A stretch of 35,477 nt of DNA from the IMG/VR virus record IMGVR_UViG_3300030399_000053, one strand, 5' to 3'. Each line of letters opens with the position of its first letter. The first letter of the stretch is position 1. The notes beneath the pieces were generated by a model that had not been told where the DNA came from, did not search any database, and saw only the letters and a list, made by a program, of their open reading frames with translations. The position numbers and the translations under genes are program-made. This DNA comes from a virus. Shown piece after piece: positions 6,282 to 15,973 of the stretch.

Positions 6282-7097
6282 ATGAGTGAAGATACAAACG
6301 CTTTAGCCGAAAGTTTAAGCGGCGATAATGAAAATGATGTTAGGAATGATAGTCAGGGCCCAGGGGAAACCGAAGAGCTAGCAACTTTAGAGGAATCTAA
6401 CAACGGTCTTGGCGATGATCCTCATAGCATTAAAAAACGCTTAGGGATGCAAGCTAAAAAACACCAGCGCGAAATGCGGGAAATGCGGGATCAAATGTCC
6501 CAAATGCACGCAATGATGCAAGGTGGTAATAATGCTAATCCCAACGCATCAAGTTATCAGCCAGAACCTTATCCGTCGCCAGGCCAGCCTAACCCGCCAG
6601 CTATGTCGGAACAGGATAAAATACAGTATGCGGTACGCCATGCTTTAGGAATGCGAGAGCACGAACAAAGACAGGCAGAAGAAGCCCAAAAGCAGGCTCA
6701 TGTACATAAGCAATATAAGCGCTTAAATGATGAGTTTGATAAGGCTTCTGACAAGTATGAAGACTTTGACGAAGTGGTTAGAGGGGATGACGTCCCGTTT
6801 ACAGAGCACGTTAGAGATGCTTTATTACTCGTTAATAATCCCGTAGAGGTAGCTTATAAATTAGGCAAAAATCCATCTGAACTCCAAAGAATATCTAAAC
6901 TCCATCCTTTAGATCAGGCAAGAGAAGTTAATAAACTTTCATTTTCTCTGATGGGTGGCACAAGTGGAAAAACCCAGTCATCCAGAACAACGCCATTGGG
7001 CAATGTCAGAGTAAATCCAGGAGCTTCTCAAGCCGTTACGGACAAGACCCCTGTTTCTAGTATTAGATCCAGGATGAAGGCTGGCGACTGGAAATAA
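6282..7097 (+). CDS. Scaffolding protein (candidate)
   Basis: 271 aa, acidic N-terminus, Q/E/R/M-rich helical composition. It lies between the portal and the coat gene. Confidence 0.55.
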   Translation: MSEDTNALAESLSGDNENDVRNDSQGPGETEELATLEESNNGLGDDPHSIKKRLGMQAKKHQREMREMRDQMSQMHAMMQGGNNANPNASSYQPEPYPSPGQPNPPAMSEQDKIQYAVRHALGMREHEQRQAEEAQKQAHVHKQYKRLNDEFDKASDKYEDFDEVVRGDDVPFTEHVRDALLLVNNPVEVAYKLGKNPSELQRISKLHPLDQAREVNKLSFSLMGGTSGKTQSSRTTPLGNVRVNPGASQAVTDKTPVSSIRSRMKAGDWK

Positions 7098-7144
7098 AAT
7101 AATTATAGCCATTCGCCATTTAATTTTAAATGGAGACCTATAGA

Positions 7145-8362
7145 ATGACTACTGTTAACCAATTTATTACAACTGATTTGGTATCTAATACCGCTCTGGC
7201 TATGTTTGCGAATAACGCACCATTTGTCATGACGGCCTCAAGAATTTACCAAGACGATTTCGTTTCATCTGGCTATAAAATCGGTGATACCTTACAGGTA
7301 AGAAGACAAAACCACTTTATTGTTGGCGATGGAAGTGTCGCAACACCTCAGTCAATTATAGAAACTGTGGAAACCATTGTTGTTAACCATCAATATAATG
7401 CTTTGATTGCTTATACCATACAGGATTTATCTTTAAGAATTGAAGACTTTTCCCGTATATTTATAGCACCTGCTATCCAAGAAATTATTACGCAGATGGA
7501 AAAAGATATAGGTTCTGCCGCTGAGCAAGAACTTAATTTCTTCACTGGTACTGCTGGCGTAGCTATTAACTCTTTTACCACCGTTGATACGGCTGGAGCT
7601 AAATTATTAGAGCAAGGTGTTAATATTGCATCCGATGCTTATCTAGCTATGACCGTTAGAGATGGCTCAAGCTTAAAAGGCGCATTATTAAACAACTTCA
7701 CTCCTGTATTCAACGAGGATATAGTAAGGAGCTCTGCAATTGGCCATTTATCTTATTTTGATATTTTCCAATCTCAAAATATTAAACGCCACACCGCAGG
7801 AGCTGGACCAACTCTTTACTCAGCTGATACGTTACTTGTTAATGGGGCGGTATCATCTGGATCAACTATTATTCTCAGTGGGGCTACTGATAATATTACT
7901 AATTATTTTGTGGTTGGGGATGTAATTTCTATCGCCGGGGTTGATTCGGTGAACCCTGTTGGTCGTGGTGATACTGGCCAAAACATGCAATTTGTTGTAA
8001 CTGCTAACGCAAGCTCTAATGGTAGTAATGCGGTAACGCTATCTGTTGCTCCGAGCATTATATCTGATACTACTAATCCAAATCAAAACGTTACTAATGC
8101 AGTACCAACAGGTGCGGCCGTAACGGTAGTAGGATCGCATAATGTAAATGTAGCCTATCCGTCAAGAGGGCTAGATATCGTGTGCCCACCCCTCTATAAG
8201 TTGCAGGTGCCCTATGCATCCGTTGCGGTTGATCCTGAAACAGGATTGTCATTAGCGGTGACACAAACTGGAGATATACTAGGATATCAAAACTATATGC
8301 GTTTAGACTTATTATGTGGCTTCTTATGGCATCCACAATACGCAGTGAGAGTATTATCATAA
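7145..8362 (+). CDS. Major capsid protein (P22 coat-like)
   Basis: GGAG at 7132..7135, 9 nt before ATG 7145 (the alternative ATG 7130 lacks an RBS). 405 aa. YKIGDTLQVRRQNHF resembles the P22-coat family N-arm motif. An intrinsic terminator lies downstream. Confidence 0.8.
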   Translation: MTTVNQFITTDLVSNTALAMFANNAPFVMTASRIYQDDFVSSGYKIGDTLQVRRQNHFIVGDGSVATPQSIIETVETIVVNHQYNALIAYTIQDLSLRIEDFSRIFIAPAIQEIITQMEKDIGSAAEQELNFFTGTAGVAINSFTTVDTAGAKLLEQGVNIASDAYLAMTVRDGSSLKGALLNNFTPVFNEDIVRSSAIGHLSYFDIFQSQNIKRHTAGAGPTLYSADTLLVNGAVSSGSTIILSGATDNITNYFVVGDVISIAGVDSVNPVGRGDTGQNMQFVVTANASSNGSNAVTLSVAPSIISDTTNPNQNVTNAVPTGAAVTVVGSHNVNVAYPSRGLDIVCPPLYKLQVPYASVAVDPETGLSLAVTQTGDILGYQNYMRLDLLCGFLWHPQYAVRVLS

Positions 8363-8374
8363 AAGGAGATAGAC

Positions 8375-8605
8375 ATGTTAACTTGTGTTTATCATGCCCT
8401 GGGTAATATGATCGTAGTTGAAGATGACGAAGCTCAACGCCTGTTTGATACAGGCGTTTGGTTTAACAGTCCTAAAACAGCACGTGAATATAAAGCTAAA
8501 GTTGAGCAAGACATTTTAAACGAGAAGGCTCAAGAAAAGCTACAACTAGCAAAGCTTAATGACAGAATCAAAGATAAAGTAAAGGGGAAGAAAAATGAAA
8601 GATAA
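8375..8605 (+). CDS. Hypothetical small head-module protein
   Basis: AAGGAG RBS. Lys/Glu-rich C-terminus. Confidence 0.55.
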   Translation: MLTCVYHALGNMIVVEDDEAQRLFDTGVWFNSPKTAREYKAKVEQDILNEKAQEKLQLAKLNDRIKDKVKGKKNER

Positions 8606-8825
8606 TAAAAAAGTTGAGTCTAACAATGCATTTGTAAGACGCGAAGAAGCTAAGTTAAAAACCATGATGGGCGGACGTCCTAAAATGAAAGCTGAAATGG
8701 AAAAGTTCAATGCTTATATGAGCAATGATGGCATGGCAGCTGAAGATTTTGGTCGCAAGCTATGCAGTGGACTTGATGATGCTTTCCCAGCTAACTTCAA
8801 CTCAGCAGTTGACCATTTAAAATAG
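8595..8825 (+). CDS. Hypothetical small head-module protein
   Basis: GGGGAAG RBS. It overlaps the previous ORF by 11 nt. Confidence 0.55.
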   Translation: MKDNKKVESNNAFVRREEAKLKTMMGGRPKMKAEMEKFNAYMSNDGMAAEDFGRKLCSGLDDAFPANFNSAVDHLK

Positions 8826-8833
8826 GTAGGTGG

Positions 8834-8867
8834 AATCGACATATGCTCTCCCATATGTCGATTTTTT
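8834..8867 (+). terminator. Rho-independent terminator after the capsid operon
   Basis: 12-bp perfect stem AATCGACATATG / CATATGTCGATT, loop CTCTCC, followed by a T6 run. Confidence 0.85.
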
Positions 8868-8894
8868 ACTCTTATTTATACATGAGGGAAGGTC

Positions 8895-9641
8895 ATGCCG
8901 CAAGTTACAAAAACAGTAAACGACCTGATAATTAATTCACTCTACTTACTAGGTGAGCTAGGAGTTGGAGAAGCACCTGACTCATTCATGCTTTCATCAG
9001 GACTTGAACTTGTTAACGAACTTCTAGATAAATTTGCATCTGATAGTATCTACATCCCTTACCTGACAGAACTTAGTTTTAATATGGTGGCTCAACAAGC
9101 AACATATATAATCTCTGATATTATCACTGCGAACCCTACGCCGGATGTCAAAGCCGATAGAATTGTTGATTTATCTTTTGCTAACTATTATGTTCCAAGT
9201 GACGGTCAAAATATTGTTTATCCGTTAGATATTATTAATAAAGCTCAGTATTTCGGCGTAACACGCCTGCCCATACTCTATACTCGCCCTGCATTTGTAT
9301 ATCTTGATAAGCAAGCTTTATATAGTAGCGTGACATTTTATCCGGCTCCAGACCAGCCCTATCCCTGTTTGCTAGGGGTTAAAAGCATGCTTGATAGCTT
9401 GATAGCGAATCAAAGTTTATCAGAATTACCACCATTTTATTACGGCTTCTTAAAATATTGTTTAGCTAGAAAGTTCCGCTCATATTATCCATCCGGGAAC
9501 TGGAATGAAACAGCAGAAGAAGAATACCAAGATTATTTTAATATTATTAAAAATGCGAATGAAACAGATCTTACTATTAGACCATCTGCAGTATTAAGTA
9601 GGCCAGAGCCATTCTACTGGCAAAATATATTAGCATATTAA
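8895..9641 (+). CDS. Head-tail adaptor / tail tubular protein A-like
   Basis: GAGGGAAGG RBS. The N-terminal LIINSLYLLGELGVGEAPD...LVNELLDKF pattern is typical of podovirus adaptor proteins. It is in the T7 gp11-equivalent position. Confidence 0.5.
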   Translation: MPQVTKTVNDLIINSLYLLGELGVGEAPDSFMLSSGLELVNELLDKFASDSIYIPYLTELSFNMVAQQATYIISDIITANPTPDVKADRIVDLSFANYYVPSDGQNIVYPLDIINKAQYFGVTRLPILYTRPAFVYLDKQALYSSVTFYPAPDQPYPCLLGVKSMLDSLIANQSLSELPPFYYGFLKYCLARKFRSYYPSGNWNETAEEEYQDYFNIIKNANETDLTIRPSAVLSRPEPFYWQNILAY

Positions 9642-9642
9642 T

Positions 9643-11787
9643 ATGAAAAAAGATTACGACATAGTCGGTAGTTATGATAACCAGCGTTACAGTACGATTA
9701 ACGCTGAGAGATCTATTAATCTATTTGAATATATGGATCCTCAAGGTAAACGGCCCAAGACTCTATTATCTACCTCAGGGTTAGATAACGCTGATTTAAA
9801 CTTTGGTACCGAAACTGGGGGAGCTAGAGCAGCATTTGTATTTAATAATGCCGTTTATCAGGTTTTTGGTGCTAATGTCTACAAAACGACCGGAGTAACC
9901 GGCTCTTTAATGACTGTTAAAATCAACACTACAGTACTCACCAACACGGCCGGGTATGTAGGTATAGATGCTAATCAATATCAAGTAATTTTTGTCGATG
10001 GCACATTAGGCTATATTTATGATACTACGCCAGGAAATCTTGCCCCATGGCAACAAATTACTGATACTGGTTTTCCCGCGAACCCATTGGATGTCTGTTT
10101 TTTAGATGGCTTCTTTGTCGTAGTAGCTGGCGGCACAAATACATTCCAACTTTCCGCATTTAATAATGGTTTGGTTTGGAGTGGCGGAATAGGCAGCGGG
10201 ATTTCATTTACAGCCAGTTCAAGTATCCTCACACTTTCTGGAAGTAACGCTAACTTTGCTACGGGTGTTCCTGTTACATTCTCAACAACAGGCAGTGTAA
10301 CATTTACCGCAGATACAACTACCAGCATTCTCACATTAAGTTCGAGCAATCAAAATTTCCCAACTGGAACACCGCTTATATTTACTACTACAAGCGCGTT
10401 GCCAAGTCCATTAATGGTATCTACTACCTATTACGCAATACAAGTTGGAGTCCCTACGACTAACCCAGGAACAATTAGAGTGGCCACAACGCTTGCTAAC
10501 GCAACGGCTGGAACATATATCACGCTATCCACTATAGGAAGCGGTACAAATACTATTAATGCTAGCAGCGCATTACCTCCTCCTTTATCATCTGGCCCAC
10601 CGCAAACTTATTATGTAATTAATATTCCGAGCATGGATAATAATACTATTCAAGTTGCCTTAACCTATGCTGATGCGATAGCTGGACTTGCGTTAACCCT
10701 GACTGGTAATGGAACCCCGCCGAATACTATTACAGTTGCTGGTCAATTGCAACTCGGTAGTATAACGTCACATCCGGGTACAATTGTTGGTTGCGATACG
10801 CTGCATAGAAGATTATTTTTATTTTCTCAAAACTTCACAGAAGTTTGGGAGAATTCTGGACTAGGAAGCAATCTACCGTTTCGGCGTAATAATTCTTTAC
10901 TAATGGAAGTCGGCACGCCTGCGGTAGGAAGTATTCAAGTAGGATTTGATCAAATGTATTTTCTAGCGCAAGATAAAGACGGTTTAGCCGGCGTGATGGG
11001 CGTTAAAGGTACTGAATCAGTATTAGTGAGTAACAGAGCGTTGGATTATCAGCTAGGGCAATACGCTGAAACTACAGGCGTCTCAGATGCTAGAGGCATT
11101 CTTATCAAAGAAAACGGACTTATATTCTACCGTTTAAACTTTACTGCATCTAATCATACCTTTGTGCTTGGTGTGAGCATGAGCACGCCGGAGGAGCCTA
11201 AATGGCATGAAGAAGAAGTTTTAAACTTTAATCGTCATCCAGCTCAAACTCATTTCTATTTCCAGGGTACTAACTATTACGGTGATTATAGCCAGGCAGT
11301 TTGTTATATAGTTGATGATACAGTTTCAACTAACAATGGCCAACAGATTAGACGCACTAGAATCGGTCGCCAAATGACCCCGGAAGGCTATAACAGGTTA
11401 AGAATTGATAGATTCCAGGTTGATTTACTTCAGGGTTCTGTACAAATAGCACAAATAGTTCCTATTAATTTATTAACCGAACTTTCGCAGCCAATCCTCA
11501 CTGAATCGGGAATAAATATTATATTGGAAGATTCCGGTACAAGTGATGGTGGTAATTTTACTAACCCACAAGTTTATTTATCGATTTCCAAAGATGGCGG
11601 TCAAACTTATGGCTATAGGTTACCAGCTAACATGGGTCAAATTGGTCAGCGAACTTATAGAACAGTTTGGAGAAAGCTAGGAACTACGCCTAGGGGACAG
11701 GGATTCGTTCCTAAGATAGAGTTCTTTTTCCCAATACCATTTATCATCCTAGGCGCGGCCTGGGATTTTGAAGATATGCCGGAGTAA
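9643..11787 (+). CDS. Tail tubular protein B / nozzle-like protein with an inserted repeat domain
   Basis: 714 aa, in the T7 gp12-equivalent position. The N-terminal QRYSTINAERSINLFEY...LLSTSGL motif is seen in podovirus hub proteins. Internal direct repeats lie at 10192..10740. Confidence 0.5.
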   Translation: MKKDYDIVGSYDNQRYSTINAERSINLFEYMDPQGKRPKTLLSTSGLDNADLNFGTETGGARAAFVFNNAVYQVFGANVYKTTGVTGSLMTVKINTTVLTNTAGYVGIDANQYQVIFVDGTLGYIYDTTPGNLAPWQQITDTGFPANPLDVCFLDGFFVVVAGGTNTFQLSAFNNGLVWSGGIGSGISFTASSSILTLSGSNANFATGVPVTFSTTGSVTFTADTTTSILTLSSSNQNFPTGTPLIFTTTSALPSPLMVSTTYYAIQVGVPTTNPGTIRVATTLANATAGTYITLSTIGSGTNTINASSALPPPLSSGPPQTYYVINIPSMDNNTIQVALTYADAIAGLALTLTGNGTPPNTITVAGQLQLGSITSHPGTIVGCDTLHRRLFLFSQNFTEVWENSGLGSNLPFRRNNSLLMEVGTPAVGSIQVGFDQMYFLAQDKDGLAGVMGVKGTESVLVSNRALDYQLGQYAETTGVSDARGILIKENGLIFYRLNFTASNHTFVLGVSMSTPEEPKWHEEEVLNFNRHPAQTHFYFQGTNYYGDYSQAVCYIVDDTVSTNNGQQIRRTRIGRQMTPEGYNRLRIDRFQVDLLQGSVQIAQIVPINLLTELSQPILTESGINIILEDSGTSDGGNFTNPQVYLSISKDGGQTYGYRLPANMGQIGQRTYRTVWRKLGTTPRGQGFVPKIEFFFPIPFIILGAAWDFEDMPE

Positions 11788-11789
11788 CT

Positions 11790-12089
11790 ATGGCAAGAGA
11801 TTTCGATAACTTTCCGACATATGATCAATTAACCAACAAAGGTGATTATCTAAGTGGTATATGGTCAGACTTCTTTGCCACTTTTGTGCAAACTTTACAA
11901 GGATATTTAGGTCAGAATGGAATGTTTGTTCCGGTGCTAACTGTGGCTCAACAAAACTTGATTCAAAGCCCGCAGGAGGGCCAGTTGGTTTATATTGTCG
12001 ATTCTAATACGCCAACGCTGCCAAGGACTGCCCAACTGCAGATTTGGCAAGTAGTGGCTGGTGTAGGACAATGGACAGTAATTGTTTAA
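11790..12089 (+). CDS. Hypothetical virion-module protein
   Basis: 99-aa ORF tightly packed after the nozzle gene. Confidence 0.5.
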   Translation: MARDFDNFPTYDQLTNKGDYLSGIWSDFFATFVQTLQGYLGQNGMFVPVLTVAQQNLIQSPQEGQLVYIVDSNTPTLPRTAQLQIWQVVAGVGQWTVIV

Positions 12090-12143
12090 AGATTTTAGTG
12101 TATTATTAACATATAATGTTAGTAAATTTTAAAGGATTAGATT

Positions 12144-12695
12144 ATGTTCGGACTTTTTGGATCAGATAAACCGTACAATGATGCGATGGAACAGTATCAA
12201 AATAACATGAATCAGGCGCAAGGAGTACAACAGCCTTGGCTCCAGGCCGGACAAGGGGCTATTGGTGACTATCAGAAGTGGTTACGAGGCCAACAAAACC
12301 CTAGTGGTTTTATTAATAATTTAATGAAAGACTATCAACAAAGTCCATATAATCAATATTTGCAACAAGAAAGCCAGAACGCTGGGATAAATGCTGCATC
12401 AGCTAGTGGATTAACTGGAAGTACGCCATTCATGCAGCAACAGCAACAGAATGCTGGAAATATTGCTCAGGGCGGCATGAATGACTGGCTAAAAAACGTT
12501 CTTGGCATTAATACGCAATATGGCGAAGGTCAACAAAACTTAATGAAAGGTGGCCAGACCTCAGCAAATGCCCTTAGTGGGCTGTTTCAAAATAATGGAC
12601 TAAATGCAGCCGGATCTACTTTTGGTGCCGGTCAAGCGCGTGATCAAGATATGAGTAATCTTTTTGGCTGGATTGCCAAGATGTTTTTTAAGTGA
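12144..12695 (+). CDS. Q/N/G-rich internal virion (ejection) protein candidate
   Basis: AAAGGA RBS. Low-complexity Q/N/G-rich 183 aa. In the T7 gp13/14-equivalent position. Confidence 0.4.
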   Translation: MFGLFGSDKPYNDAMEQYQNNMNQAQGVQQPWLQAGQGAIGDYQKWLRGQQNPSGFINNLMKDYQQSPYNQYLQQESQNAGINAASASGLTGSTPFMQQQQQNAGNIAQGGMNDWLKNVLGINTQYGEGQQNLMKGGQTSANALSGLFQNNGLNAAGSTFGAGQARDQDMSNLFGWIAKMFFK

Positions 12696-12704
12696 GGATA
12701 TAAC

Positions 12705-13895
12705 ATGAGCTGGTTACCAACACCTAAAATGCCAGGCCCGGGAGGAAGTTTAGTAGAGGCTATTAATGCTATTAGTGAAATGCAAAAACAACATCAGGTA
12801 CAGAAATATTATGGCCCTAATATTCAATCCGAAATGGGTTATAGAAATGCGTTAACGCAAGGTCAAAATATAGAAAATGAGTATATGCCAGAAAAATTAC
12901 GACAAGCTAATGCTTTTGCTGGATTACAAAATCAATATTATGGCCCCAAGGCTCAAGCTGAGATAAACTACAGTAATGCTCTTACAAATAAATACAATAC
13001 GATGGTCCCTTTAGAGGCAAAAGAGTTAGAATTAAAGAATACATATTATCCTGATGTGACAAAGTCAAATATAGGTCTTAACAATTCTCTTGTTAAGCTG
13101 AGAGAAGAGGGAGGAAGTGGATTAGGTGTTGGTGGAAAAGAAGAGTTAAATTTTCAAAAATTTGTTCATAAAGATAACCCGCACTTAACCCCAGAGCAGG
13201 TTTATGAGGCATCTAATGTTGTACGTCAAGGGGGGAATCAATTATCTGATGGGACCAAGTTAAACCCAATGTCAGCAGCCACTCAATCATCTTTGGATAG
13301 AGTAACTAAAGCAGGAACTACCGCACCGATCCTAACCGGAAATATAAAAGCTAAACAAGCAGAAGCGGAATTAGCTGTTTTAAATAAGTACGCCCAAGAA
13401 GCCTTAAAACCTTATGGCACTACATATGGGGGGAAATCTCCTCAGCAGATTTTAGATAGTTTTAAATCCGATGAAAAATCACAAATACAATTAGGCAGAT
13501 TTATTGCAGCTCAAGCCTTAAATTATGAAACAGCACAAAATAGGATTAAATTAGCAAACGGACAACCTGGTGTAACAGCTACAGAAGAATTAATGAGAAT
13601 ATCAGGACAACAAATAGAAGGAAATTTTCCAAAATTAAGTCAAACAGCAAGACAAGAGGCGGCTAGATACCTGGATGAGGCATTAGCGAAAGGCTTAGAA
13701 GCAAGACAAGCCGTTCCTATTGGAGCATCCACAACACAGCAAGCAAATAAAAAAGAATCTAATAATAAAAAAGAACCTGACGATTTAAGCCTTATGTCTG
13801 ATAATGCGTTAGAAAAATTATATTTGGAACCTGATACAAGTGAAGCAACAAAATTAGTTATCGAAGCAATAGCAAAAAAAAGAAGAAAAAAATAA
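12705..13895 (+). CDS. Internal virion protein candidate
   Basis: GAGGA RBS. Repeated YYGP(N/K)xQxExxYxNALT motifs. Lys-rich C-terminus. Confidence 0.4.
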   Translation: MSWLPTPKMPGPGGSLVEAINAISEMQKQHQVQKYYGPNIQSEMGYRNALTQGQNIENEYMPEKLRQANAFAGLQNQYYGPKAQAEINYSNALTNKYNTMVPLEAKELELKNTYYPDVTKSNIGLNNSLVKLREEGGSGLGVGGKEELNFQKFVHKDNPHLTPEQVYEASNVVRQGGNQLSDGTKLNPMSAATQSSLDRVTKAGTTAPILTGNIKAKQAEAELAVLNKYAQEALKPYGTTYGGKSPQQILDSFKSDEKSQIQLGRFIAAQALNYETAQNRIKLANGQPGVTATEELMRISGQQIEGNFPKLSQTARQEAARYLDEALAKGLEARQAVPIGASTTQQANKKESNNKKEPDDLSLMSDNALEKLYLEPDTSEATKLVIEAIAKKRRKK

Positions 13896-15817
13896 TGGAC
13901 TTATACGATAGGATCCAAGAGCATAAAGCCAAAGCCCCTAAAAGTTCAGAAAGCTCATTATATGATCGTATTCAAGAACATAAAGAGAATGAGAGTAATA
14001 AAGAGACTGATTACTCTTATTCAGCTGCAGAGGGAAGAGAGCATAGGCAAGAAGCGTTAGAATATCTTAAAGAACCTTTGATATCTGCATTAAATTTTGG
14101 GCAAACAATTGGTAAATATACTAACCCATTAGAATATATTTGGCCTCAACCAAATATTGATTGGAGACAAGCTACTGGCGGGGTACCAGAAGAAAAAAGA
14201 AATTTCGGACATATGGCGGCTGGTTTCGTTCCAGAGCTTGCAGCAACTTTAGCCGTTCCGCAGGCAACCTTAGGGCCTCGGGCCGTTGCTGCACTTGGCC
14301 GCTTCGGTGCCCCGGCAGCGAGAGTTGCTTTAAACAGTTTAGCTCAAGGCGGAATTGGAGCGGCCTTTAATTCTGAAAATCCTTTAGGTGCTGGAATGGC
14401 TGGAACAGCCACCTCATTACCATTTGCTATTATTAATGAATTATCTAAACATTCTCACCCGTTAGTGAGACAAATAGCAAGATTAGGCAGCAAAGCAGGA
14501 TTAGGTTACGCGGCTCATGAAGTAACAAAAGGCGTTACAGGTTCAGAGGCCGCAGCTGATACAGCGGCTATTGCTACTACTTTAGGCATGAGCCGGCCAG
14601 GTTTAAATGCTTTGGCTAGAAAGATTAATAGAGGTAGACAAAATCCATTGCAAGAACAAGCTTTGATGGAGGCAGGGGAAAGATTAGGCATTCACGTTAA
14701 ACCATCAGAAGCAAACCCAACGTTTTATATGGGACAACAAGTAGGAAACGTCGGTAAAACTTCCGGTGGATCTGTTAAATTAGCTGAAAATCAAGCCGAA
14801 AGAACAAGACAAGAACAAGACGCTATTCTTCGTCTATTTCATACCATTTCTAGTCCAGAAGCAGAAGACCAGATATCAGCATTATATGACAAGGCTGGTA
14901 AAACCATAGTGCCTGAAAAATACACACATAAATACGAAGGCAAGCCAGTACGAAATAATTATGTTGAAACCAAAGAAGGTGATAAATATGCTAAGAAAGA
15001 TTTATTTGCTGAAAAACCGGGACAAAATTTTGTGGAAACTCCAGAGGGAGAAATAATTCTTAAAAAGGATTTAATAGAAGAAGCTACCGGTAAAATAAAA
15101 GGTGGTAAAGCAATCTTTAGAGAAGCGATTAAACAATTAGAAAACGACGTGACCTATCAAGATATTTTAAAAAACACACCTAAAAATAGTATTGAATATT
15201 ACAACCAAGTTAAAAGAAAGCTTTATGCTATGGAGCGTGCAGCAAAACGCGGAGATAAGCCAGATTTGACCTCCGCAGCTAATATAAAGAAAGTAAGAAA
15301 ACAGATGACTAAAGATTTAGATAAATATTCTGATGAATACAAAGAGGCACGTGAATTATCAGAACTTAAAAAGGTTAAAGAAGGATTAATAAAAGCATTT
15401 AATAAAAAACCGTTAACAATGGCGAACATGGCTCAGGTATTAGGTGATAAGGCAGAATTTGATAAATTAATAGCAAGCACAAGGAATGCGCCTAAAGCAC
15501 AACAACAATTAAGAGACATGCAATTATTGGCGCAGCATATGGGTGGCAAAAATTTAGATGCCAAAGCTGGCGAGAGAATGGCCCAATTAGACACTAATAT
15601 GGTAAAAAGCGCATATGATGCTATGAGAGTAGCGATTAATGAGCACTTTGGAGGTAATTTTGATGTAGCAGCAGTAGAGCTTATGTATAATCCAAAATGG
15701 CGAGATGAAGTACATCGATTATCTCAGATTACAGATAGAGAAAAGCTAACATCAGAAGGATTGAACTTATTTGGAAAAATATTAAGCCAAAGTGCTAGTA
15801 ACGCTATTGGTGGTTAA
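13895..15817 (+). CDS. Large internal virion / ejection protein candidate
   Basis: TAATG coupling to the previous gene. 640 aa with a hydrophobic Ala/Gly-rich segment. In the T7 gp15/16-equivalent position. Confidence 0.4.
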   Translation: MDLYDRIQEHKAKAPKSSESSLYDRIQEHKENESNKETDYSYSAAEGREHRQEALEYLKEPLISALNFGQTIGKYTNPLEYIWPQPNIDWRQATGGVPEEKRNFGHMAAGFVPELAATLAVPQATLGPRAVAALGRFGAPAARVALNSLAQGGIGAAFNSENPLGAGMAGTATSLPFAIINELSKHSHPLVRQIARLGSKAGLGYAAHEVTKGVTGSEAAADTAAIATTLGMSRPGLNALARKINRGRQNPLQEQALMEAGERLGIHVKPSEANPTFYMGQQVGNVGKTSGGSVKLAENQAERTRQEQDAILRLFHTISSPEAEDQISALYDKAGKTIVPEKYTHKYEGKPVRNNYVETKEGDKYAKKDLFAEKPGQNFVETPEGEIILKKDLIEEATGKIKGGKAIFREAIKQLENDVTYQDILKNTPKNSIEYYNQVKRKLYAMERAAKRGDKPDLTSAANIKKVRKQMTKDLDKYSDEYKEARELSELKKVKEGLIKAFNKKPLTMANMAQVLGDKAEFDKLIASTRNAPKAQQQLRDMQLLAQHMGGKNLDAKAGERMAQLDTNMVKSAYDAMRVAINEHFGGNFDVAAVELMYNPKWRDEVHRLSQITDREKLTSEGLNLFGKILSQSASNAIGG

Positions 15818-15973
15818 GGTTGTGAAAGATCATAAAGAATAGCAATAACAATAAATGTTGCAAGTAATTCTACCATGGTGATTATCTCCACTTAGTTAAA
15901 AAGATAAGTATAATAGTTAGTAAGGTAGAAAGCAAGGATTATTTGCAAAATGAATAAAATAAAGGGTGAATAA

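Noticed and set aside
7101-7109. Fourth near-copy of the promoter 9-mer (ATTATAGCC, reverse complement GGCTATAAT) between the scaffold and coat genes
   Set aside because: It lacks the TG of the extended -10 and points leftward into the scaffold gene, where there is nothing to transcribe. It is probably chance in an AT-rich spacer.
15814-15876. 20-codon hydrophobic minus-strand ORF with a GGAG upstream, in the spacer before the fibre genes
   Set aside because: It is very short, overlaps the stop of the 640-aa gene, and is isolated on the opposite strand within a long unidirectional late operon. The support is insufficient.
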